Of a stretch of 64,000 nucleotides of DNA, positions 8,925 through 19,852 are shown one piece after another. Numbering within the stretch: position 1 is the stretch's first letter; every line of letters starts with the position of its first letter. A program made the position numbers and the translations under genes. The DNA lies in assembly GCA_963702095.1 (NCBI GenBank), contig OY969706.1:288001-352000 (forward strand). The letters run 5' to 3'. Origin of the DNA: Candidatus Bathyarchaeota archaeon (GTDB lineage: Archaea; Thermoproteota; Bathyarchaeia; Bathyarchaeales; Bathycorpusculaceae). The notes below the pieces were generated by a model. The model saw nothing but the letters and a program-made list of their open reading frames with translations, searched no databases and was not told where the DNA came from.

Positions 8925-10097
8925 GTGAAGATAGGTTACAGTAGGTTCTTGCTACCGGTGTTGGGGCTTTCGGTATTTTGCACTTGGCTAATAACGGTCG
9001 CTTTCCAGTTACTCCTAATCGATATTGCCCAGAGTTTCCAAATCAGTGTAGGCACAGCAGGATTAGTTGCTTCTGTGGGGGCTGTTTCAGGCATAATATG
9101 TGGTATTTTTCTGTCGGTAGCTAGTGTGCGGATTAACCACAAATTATTTGTGCTAATCGGTTTAGCATGCACATCCTTGGCGGCGGTTGACTTCTTTCTC
9201 GCACCAACTTTCGATTTACTCTTAATCGGCAACATCGGGGTCGGAAGCGGAATGGCTTTGGTAGGTGCAATGGCTTATTCGTTAATTGGGGAATTTTATC
9301 CTCTTCAAAAAAGGGGCAGAGCCATAGGCTGCATAGTGGCAGCCGGCACCTTGTCCTATGTAATCGGTGCACCCTTAATTGGAATAATCGCACAGACAGG
9401 GAGTTGGCGCCAAACGATGATTTGGCTGGTCCTGCCCTTGACTCTGATAAGCTTACTTCTCGCGTTTTTAGCTATACCCAAAAAGTCCCCTCAACATTTG
9501 CCTGGTGAGAAAGAGCCGTTTTGGGCTGGTTGCAAACAAGCATTCTCAAACCCATCAGCAATTGCATGTCTACTAGTTAGTATGCTGTTGGTTGCTGAAT
9601 CTTCTATGGCTTTCTATTCAATCTCTTTTTTTAGGTCCCAATTCCAAATAGGCGTCGATGTAGGCTCAATAGTGGCAATTGTCACTAGCATCCTCTCAGC
9701 TGTAGGGGGGATAATCTCAGGTTTACTCATAAATCGTTTAGGCAGAAAATCGCTGGGAATCGTCTCATGTTTGGTTGCGACATTGCTTACTGTAGTGTTT
9801 ACTTTCATGCCGAACTTTTCATTGTCTTTTGGGTTGTATGCAGTGAAATTTTGGTTTGGAGGGATGGCTTCAACCGCGCTTGGCTCCATGGTTATCGAGC
9901 AGGTTCCGAAGTTCCGAGCAACTATGACATCGCTTAATACTGCCTTTGTTAATGGGGGGATTTTGTTGGCTTCAGTAACCGCCGGCATAACCCTCAACTT
10001 CTATACCTATCAAGTGTTGGCAGCGGTCCTGAGCGGCTTAAGCTTTGTGGGCATAGTTTTATGGTTCGCTTTTGTCAAGGACTTAAGCAAAAACTAA
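8925..10097 (+). CDS. Major facilitator superfamily transporter
   Basis: About 12 TM segments, YPLQKRGRAIG and NRLGRK loop motifs. Confidence 0.9.
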   Translation: MKIGYSRFLLPVLGLSVFCTWLITVAFQLLLIDIAQSFQISVGTAGLVASVGAVSGIICGIFLSVASVRINHKLFVLIGLACTSLAAVDFFLAPTFDLLLIGNIGVGSGMALVGAMAYSLIGEFYPLQKRGRAIGCIVAAGTLSYVIGAPLIGIIAQTGSWRQTMIWLVLPLTLISLLLAFLAIPKKSPQHLPGEKEPFWAGCKQAFSNPSAIACLLVSMLLVAESSMAFYSISFFRSQFQIGVDVGSIVAIVTSILSAVGGIISGLLINRLGRKSLGIVSCLVATLLTVVFTFMPNFSLSFGLYAVKFWFGGMASTALGSMVIEQVPKFRATMTSLNTAFVNGGILLASVTAGITLNFYTYQVLAAVLSGLSFVGIVLWFAFVKDLSKN

Positions 10098-10170
10098 GAA
10101 AGCCGCTACTTTGCGTCATGCATCTGTGGTCCTCTGGCCACTTAGCCATCCAGCCTATGATAGTATAGAT

Positions 10171-10319
10171 TCAAAGGGTTCTTGGTTCTGATTGAGGTTT
10201 GCTCCACAATCAGCCAGCAACCCAACACAGACGCAGACACAAAAAAGCAGTCGCCTACACAACCCACAGGAAGAAGAGTAAGGAGCACTCTGCCTTCATC
10301 TAACAATAGAAAACAAAAT
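10171..10319 (+). repeat. Dispersed intergenic element family A, copy 2
   Basis: tcaaagggttcttggttctgattgaggtttgctccacaatcagccagcaa ... cccacaggaagaagagtaaggagcactctgccttc ... tagaaaacaaaa. Confidence 0.9.
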
Positions 10320-10569
10320 AAATTGAAAAAATGGAGCCTATTAACAACAACTAAAAAACAGCAAATTTGACCTATAGTTCCATAAGGGGCGGGAACCCTG
10401 GCAAAGCAGCGTTTACGCTATGTTGATTTACCTTTTTTTTGGCGCTAAATTGTAACTTTTACGGTTTACACGATTAGTTTTGGGTTTTGCTTTTATAGGA
10501 AAGGTTTTTAGTATAGTTATTGTATGAATCTGTGAAAAAGTCAACAGGTTAAAATGAGGTTAACACGTT

Positions 10570-11298
10570 ATGTCTGTATTTGCAGCACCAGGAGCATATG
10601 ACCGTGCAATTACTGTTTTCTCGCCTGATGGTCGACTCTTCCAAGTCGAATACGCGATGGAACTTGTCAACAGGGGAGCCACCATCCTTGGCATCCAAAC
10701 CTCAGACGGGTTAGTTCTGGGGTCAGAAGAAAACATTGAAGTCCTCGAAGAAGCAGGCTACTCATGGAAAATCTTTCGAGTAGACGACCACATCGGAGCA
10801 GCCATCGTCGGCTTAAGTTCCGACGCAAGAATATTGATTGATCAAGCACGGATTTATGCCCAAAGCAACAAACTAACCTATGATGAACCAATAGATATAG
10901 AGGTCGTAACAAAACGCATCTGCGACATACAACAAATGTACACGCAGCATGCAGGTGTACGTCCCTTCGGCGTTTCCATCATCTTTGGCGGAGTCGACAA
11001 AACCGGACCAAGAGTCTTCGGCACACACCCAAGCGGAACCTACCGCGGCTACAAAGCCACAGCATTAGGCGCAGGACGCGAAACAGTCCTAAACATCCTA
11101 AAAGAAGAATACAAAGACGACCTAAGCCTCGACAACACCATAAAACTCACCGTGAAATGCCTCATCAAGGCACTTGAAGCCCGCCAGTTGCCGCCCAGAA
11201 TCAAAATCGCCATCATCCCCGCCGCAACCAAAAAGATGGAAATGTTAAACGACAACACGGTGGAAGGCTACATAAAGGAACTGGGTTCAAGCAAGTGA
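10570..11298 (+). CDS. psmA: Proteasome subunit alpha
   Basis: YDRAITVFSPDGRLFQVEYA signature, RPFGVS. Confidence 0.97.
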   Translation: MSVFAAPGAYDRAITVFSPDGRLFQVEYAMELVNRGATILGIQTSDGLVLGSEENIEVLEEAGYSWKIFRVDDHIGAAIVGLSSDARILIDQARIYAQSNKLTYDEPIDIEVVTKRICDIQQMYTQHAGVRPFGVSIIFGGVDKTGPRVFGTHPSGTYRGYKATALGAGRETVLNILKEEYKDDLSLDNTIKLTVKCLIKALEARQLPPRIKIAIIPAATKKMEMLNDNTVEGYIKELGSSK

Positions 11299-11305
11299 CA
11301 ATCTA

Positions 11306-11992
11306 ATGAGTGAAAAGTTCACCGTCGCACGACTAACCAGAGAAAACGAACACTTCGAAATACTCGTAAAACCCCAAAAAGCACTAGACTACCGCAACGA
11401 CAAAATCTCAGGCATCACCGAAGTTTTAGCCGCTGAAACGATTTTCAGCGACGCAAACAAAGGCACCAAAGTTTCTGAAGAAGCGATGAAGAAAGCCTTC
11501 AAAACGGTGGATCCACTCAAAATCGCAGATGAAATTCTAAAAAAAGGAACCCTTCAATTAACCACCGATCAAAGAAGAAAGATGGTTGATGATAAAAAAA
11601 GACAAGTAATCGACTTCATCTCCCGGCAGGCAGTTGACCCCAAAACGAATTTGCCTCATCCCCCCATGCGCATCGAAAACGCCATGGAGCAAATTCGCTT
11701 TACCATAGATCCCTACAAGCCCGTGGAGGAGCAAGCTAAAGACATAGTTAAACTGCTGCGTCCCATATTGCCGCTTAAAGTTGAGCAGGTTAAGGTTGCA
11801 ATCAAGATTCCAGCACAGTACTCATCTCGTGCCTACGGCATAGTCAAAACATTGGGCACCATAAAACGTGAAGAATGGCGCAATGACGGCTCATGGTATG
11901 GCGAACTAGAGTTGCCAGCAGGCTCATACGCTTCCTTACTCAACAAGTTGGGCGACGCCACCAAGGGAACTGGAGAAGCAAAAATAATCTAA
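11306..11992 (+). CDS. sdo1: Ribosome maturation protein SBDS/Sdo1
   Basis: HFEILV, IFSDANKG, DPKTNLPHPPMRIENAM; canonical position after psmA. Confidence 0.95.
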   Translation: MSEKFTVARLTRENEHFEILVKPQKALDYRNDKISGITEVLAAETIFSDANKGTKVSEEAMKKAFKTVDPLKIADEILKKGTLQLTTDQRRKMVDDKKRQVIDFISRQAVDPKTNLPHPPMRIENAMEQIRFTIDPYKPVEEQAKDIVKLLRPILPLKVEQVKVAIKIPAQYSSRAYGIVKTLGTIKREEWRNDGSWYGELELPAGSYASLLNKLGDATKGTGEAKII

Positions 11993-12017
11993 GTAATATG
12001 AAAGAACAGGTGATTAT

Positions 12018-12734
12018 ATGCCAACATTCTTTGAAAAAAAACAGCTCGTAACCCCCGGAGAATTACTCGCTGAAGGCGACTACTTACCCGGCGAAAACAC
12101 GTATGTAGAAAACGGCAAGATTTACGCCGACAGAATTGGACTCGTAGACAGCGACAACAAAAAAGTCAACGTGGTTGCACTAAGAGCGTTTTATGTACCA
12201 AAAACAGGTGACATAGTTATCGGCACAGTCGTCGAAGTAGGCTTCAACGGCTGGACCGTAAACATCCAAGCACCCTACACCGCAATGCTCCGTGCCTCAG
12301 ACGTTTTAAGCAGGCCCTTCAAACCCCAAAACGACGAATTATCCGCTGTTCTAAACGCAGGCGACTTAATCGTAGCTAAAATAGCCTCATTCGACCGTGC
12401 ACACGACCCCCAACTCACAGTCGGCGAACCCGGCTTGGGAAAAATCACACGCGGACAAATCCTCAAAGTGACCCCGACAAAGATTCCACGCATCATCGGA
12501 CGCAAAGGCTCCATGATATCCATGATTAAACAGGAAACCAACTGCCAAATCATCCTTGGACTCAACGGCGTCATCTTGGTCACGGGCAAAGCATCCGACG
12601 AAGAGGAAATTGCAATCGAAGCAATCCGGAAAATCGAGGAAGAATCCCACACCAGCGGCTTAACTGACCGCATTACACAGTTATTGAAAGAAAAGAAACA
12701 ACCAGCTAATTTGGAGGAAAACAAAGTTGAATGA
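12018..12734 (+). CDS. rrp4: Exosome RNA-binding subunit Rrp4
   Basis: [19 protein letters not shown]1 domain, KH motif [10 protein letters not shown]. Confidence 0.95.
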   Translation: MPTFFEKKQLVTPGELLAEGDYLPGENTYVENGKIYADRIGLVDSDNKKVNVVALRAFYVPKTGDIVIGTVVEVGFNGWTVNIQAPYTAMLRASDVLSRPFKPQNDELSAVLNAGDLIVAKIASFDRAHDPQLTVGEPGLGKITRGQILKVTPTKIPRIIGRKGSMISMIKQETNCQIILGLNGVILVTGKASDEEEIAIEAIRKIEEESHTSGLTDRITQLLKEKKQPANLEENKVE

Positions 12735-13461
12735 AAAACCCGATAAATTAATCGACAAAAAAGGCATCCGTGGCGACGGACGAAAAGCGGATGAACTTCG
12801 CTCCCTCAAACTTCAAGTGGGTGTACTCCCAAACGCAGACGGCTCAGCATATATAGAACACGGTAAAAACAAGATCTTAGCCGCAGCATTCGGTCCAAGA
12901 GAAATGCACCCCAAACACCTAGCACAAGCAGATCGAATGGTTCTAAGATGCCGCTACCACATGGCACCGTTTAGTGTTCCCGAACGTAAATCCCCCGCCC
13001 CTTCACGCCGCGAAGTCGAATTAAGCAAAGTCATAAAAGAATCCCTTGAACCAGCCTTATTCCTTGAACTCTACCCCCGCACAGGCGTAGACGTGTTCGT
13101 CGAAGTCTTGCAAGCAGACGGAGGAACAAGATGCGCAAGCATTACCGCCGCTGCTTTGGCAATCGCCGACGCAGGCGTCCCCATGAGAGACTTAGTGGTT
13201 GCATGTGCAGCAGGTAAAGTTGACGACACCGTCGTCTTGGACCTCTACGACGCAGAGGACAAATTGGGCGCTGCAGACGTTCCAGTGGCATACATGCCCA
13301 ACTTAAACGCTATCACCTTGTTACAGATGGACGGCATCCTATCCCCTGACGAATTCGAGAAAGCAGTCAACATGGCTATGGAAGGCTGCAAGAAAATCTA
13401 TGTTATGCAGAAGGAAGCGTTAAAAACTAAGTACATGGTTGTTAAGGAGGTTGAAGAGTAA
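12727..13461 (+). CDS. rrp41: Exosome exonuclease Rrp41
   Basis: [31 protein letters not shown]. Confidence 0.96.
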   Translation: MNEKPDKLIDKKGIRGDGRKADELRSLKLQVGVLPNADGSAYIEHGKNKILAAAFGPREMHPKHLAQADRMVLRCRYHMAPFSVPERKSPAPSRREVELSKVIKESLEPALFLELYPRTGVDVFVEVLQADGGTRCASITAAALAIADAGVPMRDLVVACAAGKVDDTVVLDLYDAEDKLGAADVPVAYMPNLNAITLLQMDGILSPDEFEKAVNMAMEGCKKIYVMQKEALKTKYMVVKEVEE

Positions 13462-14252
13462 TGTCATCCATAGTTACCAAAGTTAGACTACGACAAATCG
13501 AAGCCCAGCTTGAAAAAGGCAAACGCCTAGACGAGAGAGGCTTACTTGATACCAGAGAAATCAAAATCGAGCAAGGCATAATCGAGAAAGCTGAAGGTTC
13601 CGCACTCGTATATATGGGCAAAACAGAGGTTTTAGTCGGCGTAAAAGTTGAAGAGGGCGAACCTTTCCCAGATACACCAAATGACGGAGTCATGACTGTG
13701 AATGCTGAACTCGTACCCTTGGCATCGCCGAATTTTGAACCGGGTCCACCAGATGAAAACAGCATCGAACTCGCACGCGTAGTCGATAGAGGCATAAGAG
13801 AATCCCACGCTATAAACACTGAAAAACTCTGCATTGAACCAGGCAAAAAAGTCTTCGTGGTCTTCGTAGACGTATACGTCCTCAACCATGACGGCAACCT
13901 AATTGATGCATCGGCAATCGCGGCTATGGCGGCGCTCATGAACACCAAAATGCCCAACTATGAAATCAAAGACGGCGAATTAAAAATCAAACAAGGCTAC
14001 ACACCATTGCCAATGAAAAGCCACCCAGTCACCGTCACCATCGGCAAAATCAGCAACAAACTAATCGTCGACCCAGGCCTAGAAGAAGAATCCGTCATGG
14101 ACGCACGCATAACCTTCGCAACCAACGAAGAAGGCAACATCTGTGCCATTCAGAAGGGCTGCTCAGGCTATTTCACACCGCAACAGATTTTAGAAGCATC
14201 AAAGATTGCTCTGGAGAAAGCAGCAGAACTGCGTAAGAAACTCAATTGGTGA
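13461..14252 (+). CDS. rrp42: Exosome subunit Rrp42
   Basis: AEGSA, PFPDTP, FEPGPPDE, ELARVVDRGIRES, HDGNLIDA. Confidence 0.96.
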   Translation: MSSIVTKVRLRQIEAQLEKGKRLDERGLLDTREIKIEQGIIEKAEGSALVYMGKTEVLVGVKVEEGEPFPDTPNDGVMTVNAELVPLASPNFEPGPPDENSIELARVVDRGIRESHAINTEKLCIEPGKKVFVVFVDVYVLNHDGNLIDASAIAAMAALMNTKMPNYEIKDGELKIKQGYTPLPMKSHPVTVTIGKISNKLIVDPGLEEESVMDARITFATNEEGNICAIQKGCSGYFTPQQILEASKIALEKAAELRKKLNW

Positions 14253-14590
14253 AAAAGTTGCCGAAGACAAAGAAAGTAGGTCCAACTCGAGGATTAGGCG
14301 TACGCTACGGTTCCACAGTTAGGAAACGCTATATTAAAGTCATAACTGAACTCAAAAAACCCCACAGATGTCCACAATGCGGCTTTGTCCGTGTTAGACG
14401 CGTAAGCGTGGGCATCTGGAAATGCCGTAAATGCGAGTTCACCTTCGCAGGCGGAGCCTACACACCGTCAACGAAACTGGGCGCCGTTGCAAAACGTGCA
14501 GCTAAAGGGCGATCTGAAGAATCAGCGAGACAAGTAGCTCCAGTTGAAGAATCCTCTGTTGAGGCAACTGAAGAAGAAACCTCTGAGTAA
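14246..14590 (+). CDS. rpl37ae: 50S ribosomal protein L37Ae (eL43)
   Basis: GVRYG, CPQC...GIWKCRKC..FAGGAY zinc finger; acidic C-terminal tail. Confidence 0.95.
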   Translation: MVKKLPKTKKVGPTRGLGVRYGSTVRKRYIKVITELKKPHRCPQCGFVRVRRVSVGIWKCRKCEFTFAGGAYTPSTKLGAVAKRAAKGRSEESARQVAPVEESSVEATEEETSE

Positions 14591-14593
14591 ACC

Positions 14594-14625
14594 TTCTTCT
14601 TTCCTTTTCTTATTTAATTTTTTGT
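14594..14625 (+). terminator. Oligo(T) tract after rpl37ae, probable archaeal intrinsic terminator
   Basis: ttcttctttccttttcttatttaatttttttg directly after the stop codon. Confidence 0.5.
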
Positions 14626-14697
14626 TGCTTAGCGTTATTTTATTTATAGTTGTTGCTAGATTTGCTCTTATTTAGCGGTCGATAAACTTTGATTAAG

Positions 14698-14847
14698 TTT
14701 TTTCTCTTATGTGTGTGTGGCGTTTTGTGGGGGGGCCACAAGACTGCAGGAGGGGGCGACTGCTTTATGGGTTTGCAACGTTTTTTTGCGTCTGTTTGGG
14801 TGTGGCAAAAGCGTTTTCTCCCACATGCTCTGTATGGCTCTATGTTG
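14698..14847 (-). repeat. Dispersed intergenic element family B, copy 1
   Basis: Reverse complement begins caacatagagccatacagagcatgtgggagaaaacg and aligns colinearly over ~150 bp with 38732-38880. Confidence 0.85.
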
Positions 14848-14946
14848 GATTGGTCACGGTGTGGGTTTGAAGCAACATACTAACCTCAAAAAACAGGCAA
14901 TAAAACGATATAGAAGAACCTAATAACAAAGACAGAGGCAACCTAA

Positions 14947-15219
14947 ATGTCCACCCAAGCAACCGCAACGCTTTGCTTAAACTTCGGCACCGAAAAACAA
15001 CTCAACTCCCTCCTCAACGCATTAAAGCCGGAAGCGGAAGCGTCGCCCACCCACAGATCCACAGTTAAACTTGAAAAAAACGGCCGCTCCCTCACCGTTT
15101 CGGTGGAGGCAGAAGACACCGTGGCGCTAAGAGCTACCCTTAACGCTTACCTCCACTGGATCAATTCCACCCTAAAAATCATCGACGTAGTGGAAGAAAG
15201 TAGTAAAGCAAAATCTTAA
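14947..15219 (+). CDS. pcc1: KEOPS complex subunit Pcc1
   Basis: ALKPE...RS...AEDTVALRATLNAYLHWI; exosome superoperon context. Confidence 0.9.
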   Translation: MSTQATATLCLNFGTEKQLNSLLNALKPEAEASPTHRSTVKLEKNGRSLTVSVEAEDTVALRATLNAYLHWINSTLKIIDVVEESSKAKS

Positions 15220-15251
15220 AACCAAACAAAACCTATCTTAAATTCAGAGCA

Positions 15252-15568
15252 ATGTCAAAAACAAAAATTCGCCTACTCCAAATAACTGTTTTATTAGCCG
15301 TTGGCACGGCTCTTCTGCTGTAAACTCAGCCGTTTATGTACCAGAATTTAATGTGTTTCAAGATAAGTTCGCGCATGTAAACAACTCAGTTCATTCAACG
15401 AGTTCTCTAAACCCCAGCGTGTATGGGGTAACCCCAACAAACATCGTAATCTTCTATGTTCTGGGCTTAGCTGGCACCACACTGTTGCTGTCGGGCGCTG
15501 TTCTGCTGTTCATTTTAATCGTTACAAAATTGCCGCTTGACAGGTTCGAAAAACAGAGACACAGCTAA
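15252..15568 (+). CDS. Small membrane protein, split by one frameshift near 15320
   Basis: MSKTKIRLLQITVLLAVGTALLL joins the 15353-15568 frame if one G is added (ctg[g]ta); signal-like N-terminus and C-terminal TM. Confidence 0.5.
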
Positions 15569-15967
15569 CTGACCAAAACGATTCTTACTAGAAAAAGGGT
15601 TACGGGTGTTTCTTTTTTGTGGTGTTCGGACAACTTTTATGGTTACGGCTGGGAGATTTTGGCTTGGTGGGCGGTAATGGTAATCTGAGAGTGCTTACGA
15701 TGAGTTGCAGAAGGTTTCAGCTTGATTGGGAGGTATGTAGGGGCTGGTTGAAGTGGTTTGGTGTCGCTGTATTCCCCGCTTTTTTGGCTTGACGTTAGCA
15801 TCATAAAGAAAAGTTGCAGAAAAGTGGATGTTTTCAGGCTAAAATTATAAAACTTACCTAAATAACAGTGCTAAGAAGTAAGACATGCACTTTTTATGAA
15901 AAATGCATAAAAAAATTTATATGAAATGGCTTCCAGTAATACCGAAAAGTAGAGCGAGTGTTGAGGG

Positions 15968-18157
15968 ATGCTTTTTCAGAACAAGCCTCTAGAGGGCGCT
16001 ATTTTCGACATGGATGGAACCATGTTTGACACTGAGCGACTCCGTTTAAGAATGCTAAAACAGGCATCCAAAGAGATAACAGGCGAAGAAATCTCCGATC
16101 AACTCCTCTACGACTCATTTGGCCTTAGCGCAGTCACCGCCGAAAAACTTGCTAAAGCAAGATATGGTGAAAACTATCCGTACAAAAAAATCCGGGAACG
16201 CTCCAACCAACTGGAAGTAAGCCACGTGCGCCAACACGGCGTGCCCGTAAAAGAAGGTCTCTACAATCTACTTGAGCGGCTCAAGAAAAACGGCGTCCTC
16301 ATCGCGTTGGCGACTTCAAGCAAAAGAGAAATCGCCGAAGAATACCTGCTCAGTGCCAAAGTGCTACGTTTCTTTGACATAACCGTTTGCGGCGAAGAGG
16401 TCGAAAGAGGCAAGCCTGACCCCGAAATTTTCTTAAAAGCCGCTCGTGAACTCAACTGTGAACCAAGCAACTGCTTCATTTTCGAGGATTCCCAAAACGG
16501 GATTTTAGCCGCTAGCGCCTCAGGTGGAACACCAATTTTCATCAAGGACATAAAAGAACCTGATCCAGAAGTTAAAGCGCTTGCCTTCCGCTCCTACGAT
16601 AAAATGACTGATTTACTGGATGACCTTATACGGCAGATGCCTAAAATGGACATGCCAAGCTTGAACGAGCATTTTCCTCAAAGCATCGGCTACATGGTTG
16701 CTGGGATTCACGGGTTCGGCGCTATGGGTGGCGGTTATCTTGCACAGATTTTTTCCCATTGGGACGGATACACACGGCCCGTAAAATCATAGGGGTCACC
16801 TCAAACGATACCATGCGCCAACTGATTAACGCGTTGGGTAGGTACGAGATAAAGTATGAACGGCTGGCACATTTCCAAACCATTCAAAATATCACTTTAA
16901 TTGACATGCGTGACGAAGCGGAAATAGTTGATATGTATAAGGAGTCTCAGATTGTGGGGTTGGCTATTCCGGAACGTGCGGTTCGATCTCAAGCCAAAGT
17001 AATCGCTAAGGGACTGCTTGAACGTTATGACAGCGGCGGTGAACCCCTCACAATACTTATCGTCATGAATAAAATCCACGCTGCACGATTCGTAAGAAAC
17101 CACGTCGCCCACGCCCTAAAAGATTTAACGGACAAAGAGAAAGCCGAGAAAATCGTGAATTCCACTTACTTCTCCGAAACCGTGGTTAACAGGATTGTTT
17201 CTAGAACTCACCGATGAGGTGGTGCTTTCAAGGTTGCAAGTTAAGTTGATTGGATTGCACAACAGCATCCAAAATTACTCGGGGCAAATCGAGAGAATCT
17301 TCGAGTTCTCCAAGGGGTATATGCTGGAGAATAAACTTCATACAACCCCCCTAAGAAATGATTGCCACGCTGTCTACCAAACAATCAACGTTGCCAACAA
17401 CATTTTGTTAGTTACACAGTTCGCAGAGGAACTCTCAAAACTAAACATCACCCTGTTTAGCAGTGAACCCGATATGCCGCTTTTCGCCAGCAAAGGCAGC
17501 CCATTGCTGGAGCGGCTCAGGCAAGTGGTAACAGTTGAAGACATAAAGCCAATGCAGGAAATAAAAAACAAGCTTTCAAACGGGCCACATGCAATTATCG
17601 CTTGGTACTCGGCACTTTTGGGTTACCGGACCATCGGTCAAGGCATGGGTGACCCTCGGGTGTCTAAACTGGCGGAAAGCATAATCATCAACGAGATCAA
17701 GCCTGCTTTGCTCATAGAAAATCCCGGCTGCAAACAATACATAAACTCGATTACTTTGCACTTTTTCAAGCGGTGCCGTGCTTCTTTCCAAGATGAATGC
17801 CTCAGAGTTGGCAGAGACCCCCTGCGGAAACTCCAGTTTGGCGAACGCATCATGGGTACTATTCATTTAGCTCAAAAACATGGGTTGGCAACCAGCGGTT
17901 TAGAGTTTGGGGCTGTCTGTGCAATTATGTATTCGATTCAATCGGTATGCGGGGACGACATGGAAGCCCAAAAAATAAAGCAGTTGTACAATGAAAGAAA
18001 CTCTGTTATTGACGTTTTAACTTATAGGAGCGAGTGCAGTAAATCGAAATTCACTGGTTTAGACCCCGTGAAGGATGCTGGGTTGATTGAGCGTATATCG
18101 GTGAACTTTGATAACCTCAAAAAAGAGTTGGAGTTGCTGGGTGAAAAAAAGCAGTAG
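15968..18157 (+). CDS. mtlD: Bifunctional mannitol-1-phosphate dehydrogenase/phosphatase (HAD + M1PDH), split by two compensating frameshifts (~16780, ~17207)
   Basis: HAD motifs IFDMDGT, ATSS, GKPDP, FEDS; then GIHGFGAMGGGY..QIFSHWDGYTRP, ETVVNR, GSPLLERLRQV, KNKLSNGPHA, RVGRDPLRKL, matching recalled Acinetobacter MtlD motifs in order. Confidence 0.85.
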
Positions 18158-18265
18158 CTTAGTTTTCCTTTTACGGTTGATGGATATTTTTTGAAAGGAA
18201 GGTTTAAATAAACACCAAGTCATTTCGTATATGCTTTCAAAGTTTAAAACGGATGAAAATTCAGC

Positions 18266-18751
18266 ATGTCACAGGAATACCGCTATATTGTTCGTATAAT
18301 GGGTACAGACGTTCAGGGTACCCTTAAGACTTCTTACGCAGTTGCGGAAGTCAAAGGGCTCAGCGCAAGCCTCTCAAACGCTATCCTTAAAAAAGCAGGC
18401 GTCAACCCCGACGTCCGCGTAGGTTTAATCGCTGACTCTGACATCGCAAAAATTGAAGATGTCATCCGGGACCTAGCAAAATACAACATCCCCGGCTGGA
18501 TGTATAACCGGCGAAAAGACAGCGACACAGGAAAAGATATTCATGTCTTAAGCGCGGACTTAGCATTCAAAATTAAAAATGACATAGACGGAGCCAAAGA
18601 AATCAGGTCTTGGCGTGGATACCGCCATGCTTACAGCCTAAAAGTACGCGGGCAAAGAACCAAAACCACTGGACGTGCAGGTAAAGCCTTGGGTGTCAAG
18701 AAGAAGACTCTTCTCCAGAAACCCGGCGCCCCATCTGAAGGAGGCAAATAA
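18266..18751 (+). CDS. rps13: 30S ribosomal protein S13 (uS13)
   Basis: [17 protein letters not shown]...[11 protein letters not shown]. Confidence 0.97.
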   Translation: MSQEYRYIVRIMGTDVQGTLKTSYAVAEVKGLSASLSNAILKKAGVNPDVRVGLIADSDIAKIEDVIRDLAKYNIPGWMYNRRKDSDTGKDIHVLSADLAFKIKNDIDGAKEIRSWRGYRHAYSLKVRGQRTKTTGRAGKALGVKKKTLLQKPGAPSEGGK

Positions 18752-18753
18752 GC

Positions 18754-19344
18754 ATGGGAGATCCAAAGAAGCAACGTAGAAAGTATGATACGCCACGTTA
18801 CAGTTGGCGAAAAGACATCCTCCAAGAAGAACTTAAACTTCTGGGACAATACGGCTTACGCAACAAACGTGAACTCTGGAAACACAAAACTACCTTATCG
18901 AAAACCAGGGGCATCGCCCGTTCACTTATCAGCAAATCCGCTGAAGAACGAGCAAAAATGGAAAACGAGCTTCTCTCACAGCTTAAAAAGAAGGGTATCC
19001 TACAGGAAACAGCGGTCCTCGACAACGTACTTGACTTAACCATAGAAGATATATTGGAACGCAGGCTCCAAACCATAGTTTTCCGCAAGGGTCTATCTCG
19101 AACCGTTTTCCAGTCACGCCAACTCATCACACACGGACACATAACCATCGACAACCGCCGAGTAACCATCCCCGGCTACATCGTGCCCAAAGCGGCAGAA
19201 GCCACAGTCATCTATTCACCCGAAAGCTCAGTCGCAAAAACAGAGCATCCACTGCGCCTCGGCTTAACAGTAGTCGCAAAGCAACCTGAAATTAGGCCTC
19301 AACAGAGAGGCCGAAGAGGCGGACGCGGAGGCGGCAGATTTTGA
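18754..19344 (+). CDS. rps4: 30S ribosomal protein S4 (uS4)
   Basis: [33 protein letters not shown]. Confidence 0.97.
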   Translation: MGDPKKQRRKYDTPRYSWRKDILQEELKLLGQYGLRNKRELWKHKTTLSKTRGIARSLISKSAEERAKMENELLSQLKKKGILQETAVLDNVLDLTIEDILERRLQTIVFRKGLSRTVFQSRQLITHGHITIDNRRVTIPGYIVPKAAEATVIYSPESSVAKTEHPLRLGLTVVAKQPEIRPQQRGRRGGRGGGRF

Positions 19345-19748
19345 GCGGCGCAAACAGTAAACGCAACGATAAATGGGGAATCGTCCACATCTTTAGCTCC
19401 TACAACAACACATTAATCCACATAACAGACATATCTGGCGCAGAAACCATCGCACGCACCACCGGCGGCATGTTCGTCAAAGCCGACCGCATGGAATCCT
19501 CGCCATACGCAGCTATGCGTGCAGCTACAGGCGCAGCAGAAATCGCACGTGACAAAGGCATCACTGCTATCCACATTAAAGTTCGTGCTCCAGGCGGCAG
19601 CGGCCGAAGAACCCCTGGACCAGGCGCGCAAGCAGCCATCAGAGCCCTCGCTAGATTTGGTTTTCGTATTGAACGCATCGAAGAAGTCACACCGGTTCCC
19701 CACGACGGCACAAGAAGACCTGGCGGTAGAAGAGGAAGAAGAGTTTAA
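19341..19748 (+). CDS. rps11: 30S ribosomal protein S11 (uS11)
   Basis: [42 protein letters not shown]. Confidence 0.97.
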   Translation: MSGANSKRNDKWGIVHIFSSYNNTLIHITDISGAETIARTTGGMFVKADRMESSPYAAMRAATGAAEIARDKGITAIHIKVRAPGGSGRRTPGPGAQAAIRALARFGFRIERIEEVTPVPHDGTRRPGGRRGRRV

Positions 19749-19852
19749 ACTCTCATATCCCAGTTTGTTAAGGGGAAAAATACAAATAATGCACCGAAAT
19801 ATCCTATTGACCGCAAAGCCATTATAGTAACCTTATTGGAGTGTCTTAGCAA

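Noticed and set aside
14689-14923. Short ORFs over the intergenic repeats (14689-14883, 14711-14923, 38703-38960, 10182-10370)
   Set aside because: The frame is not conserved between the two family B copies (indel in the conserved head), and the plus-strand ORF over copy A2 has no counterpart in the ORF track at the other A copies.
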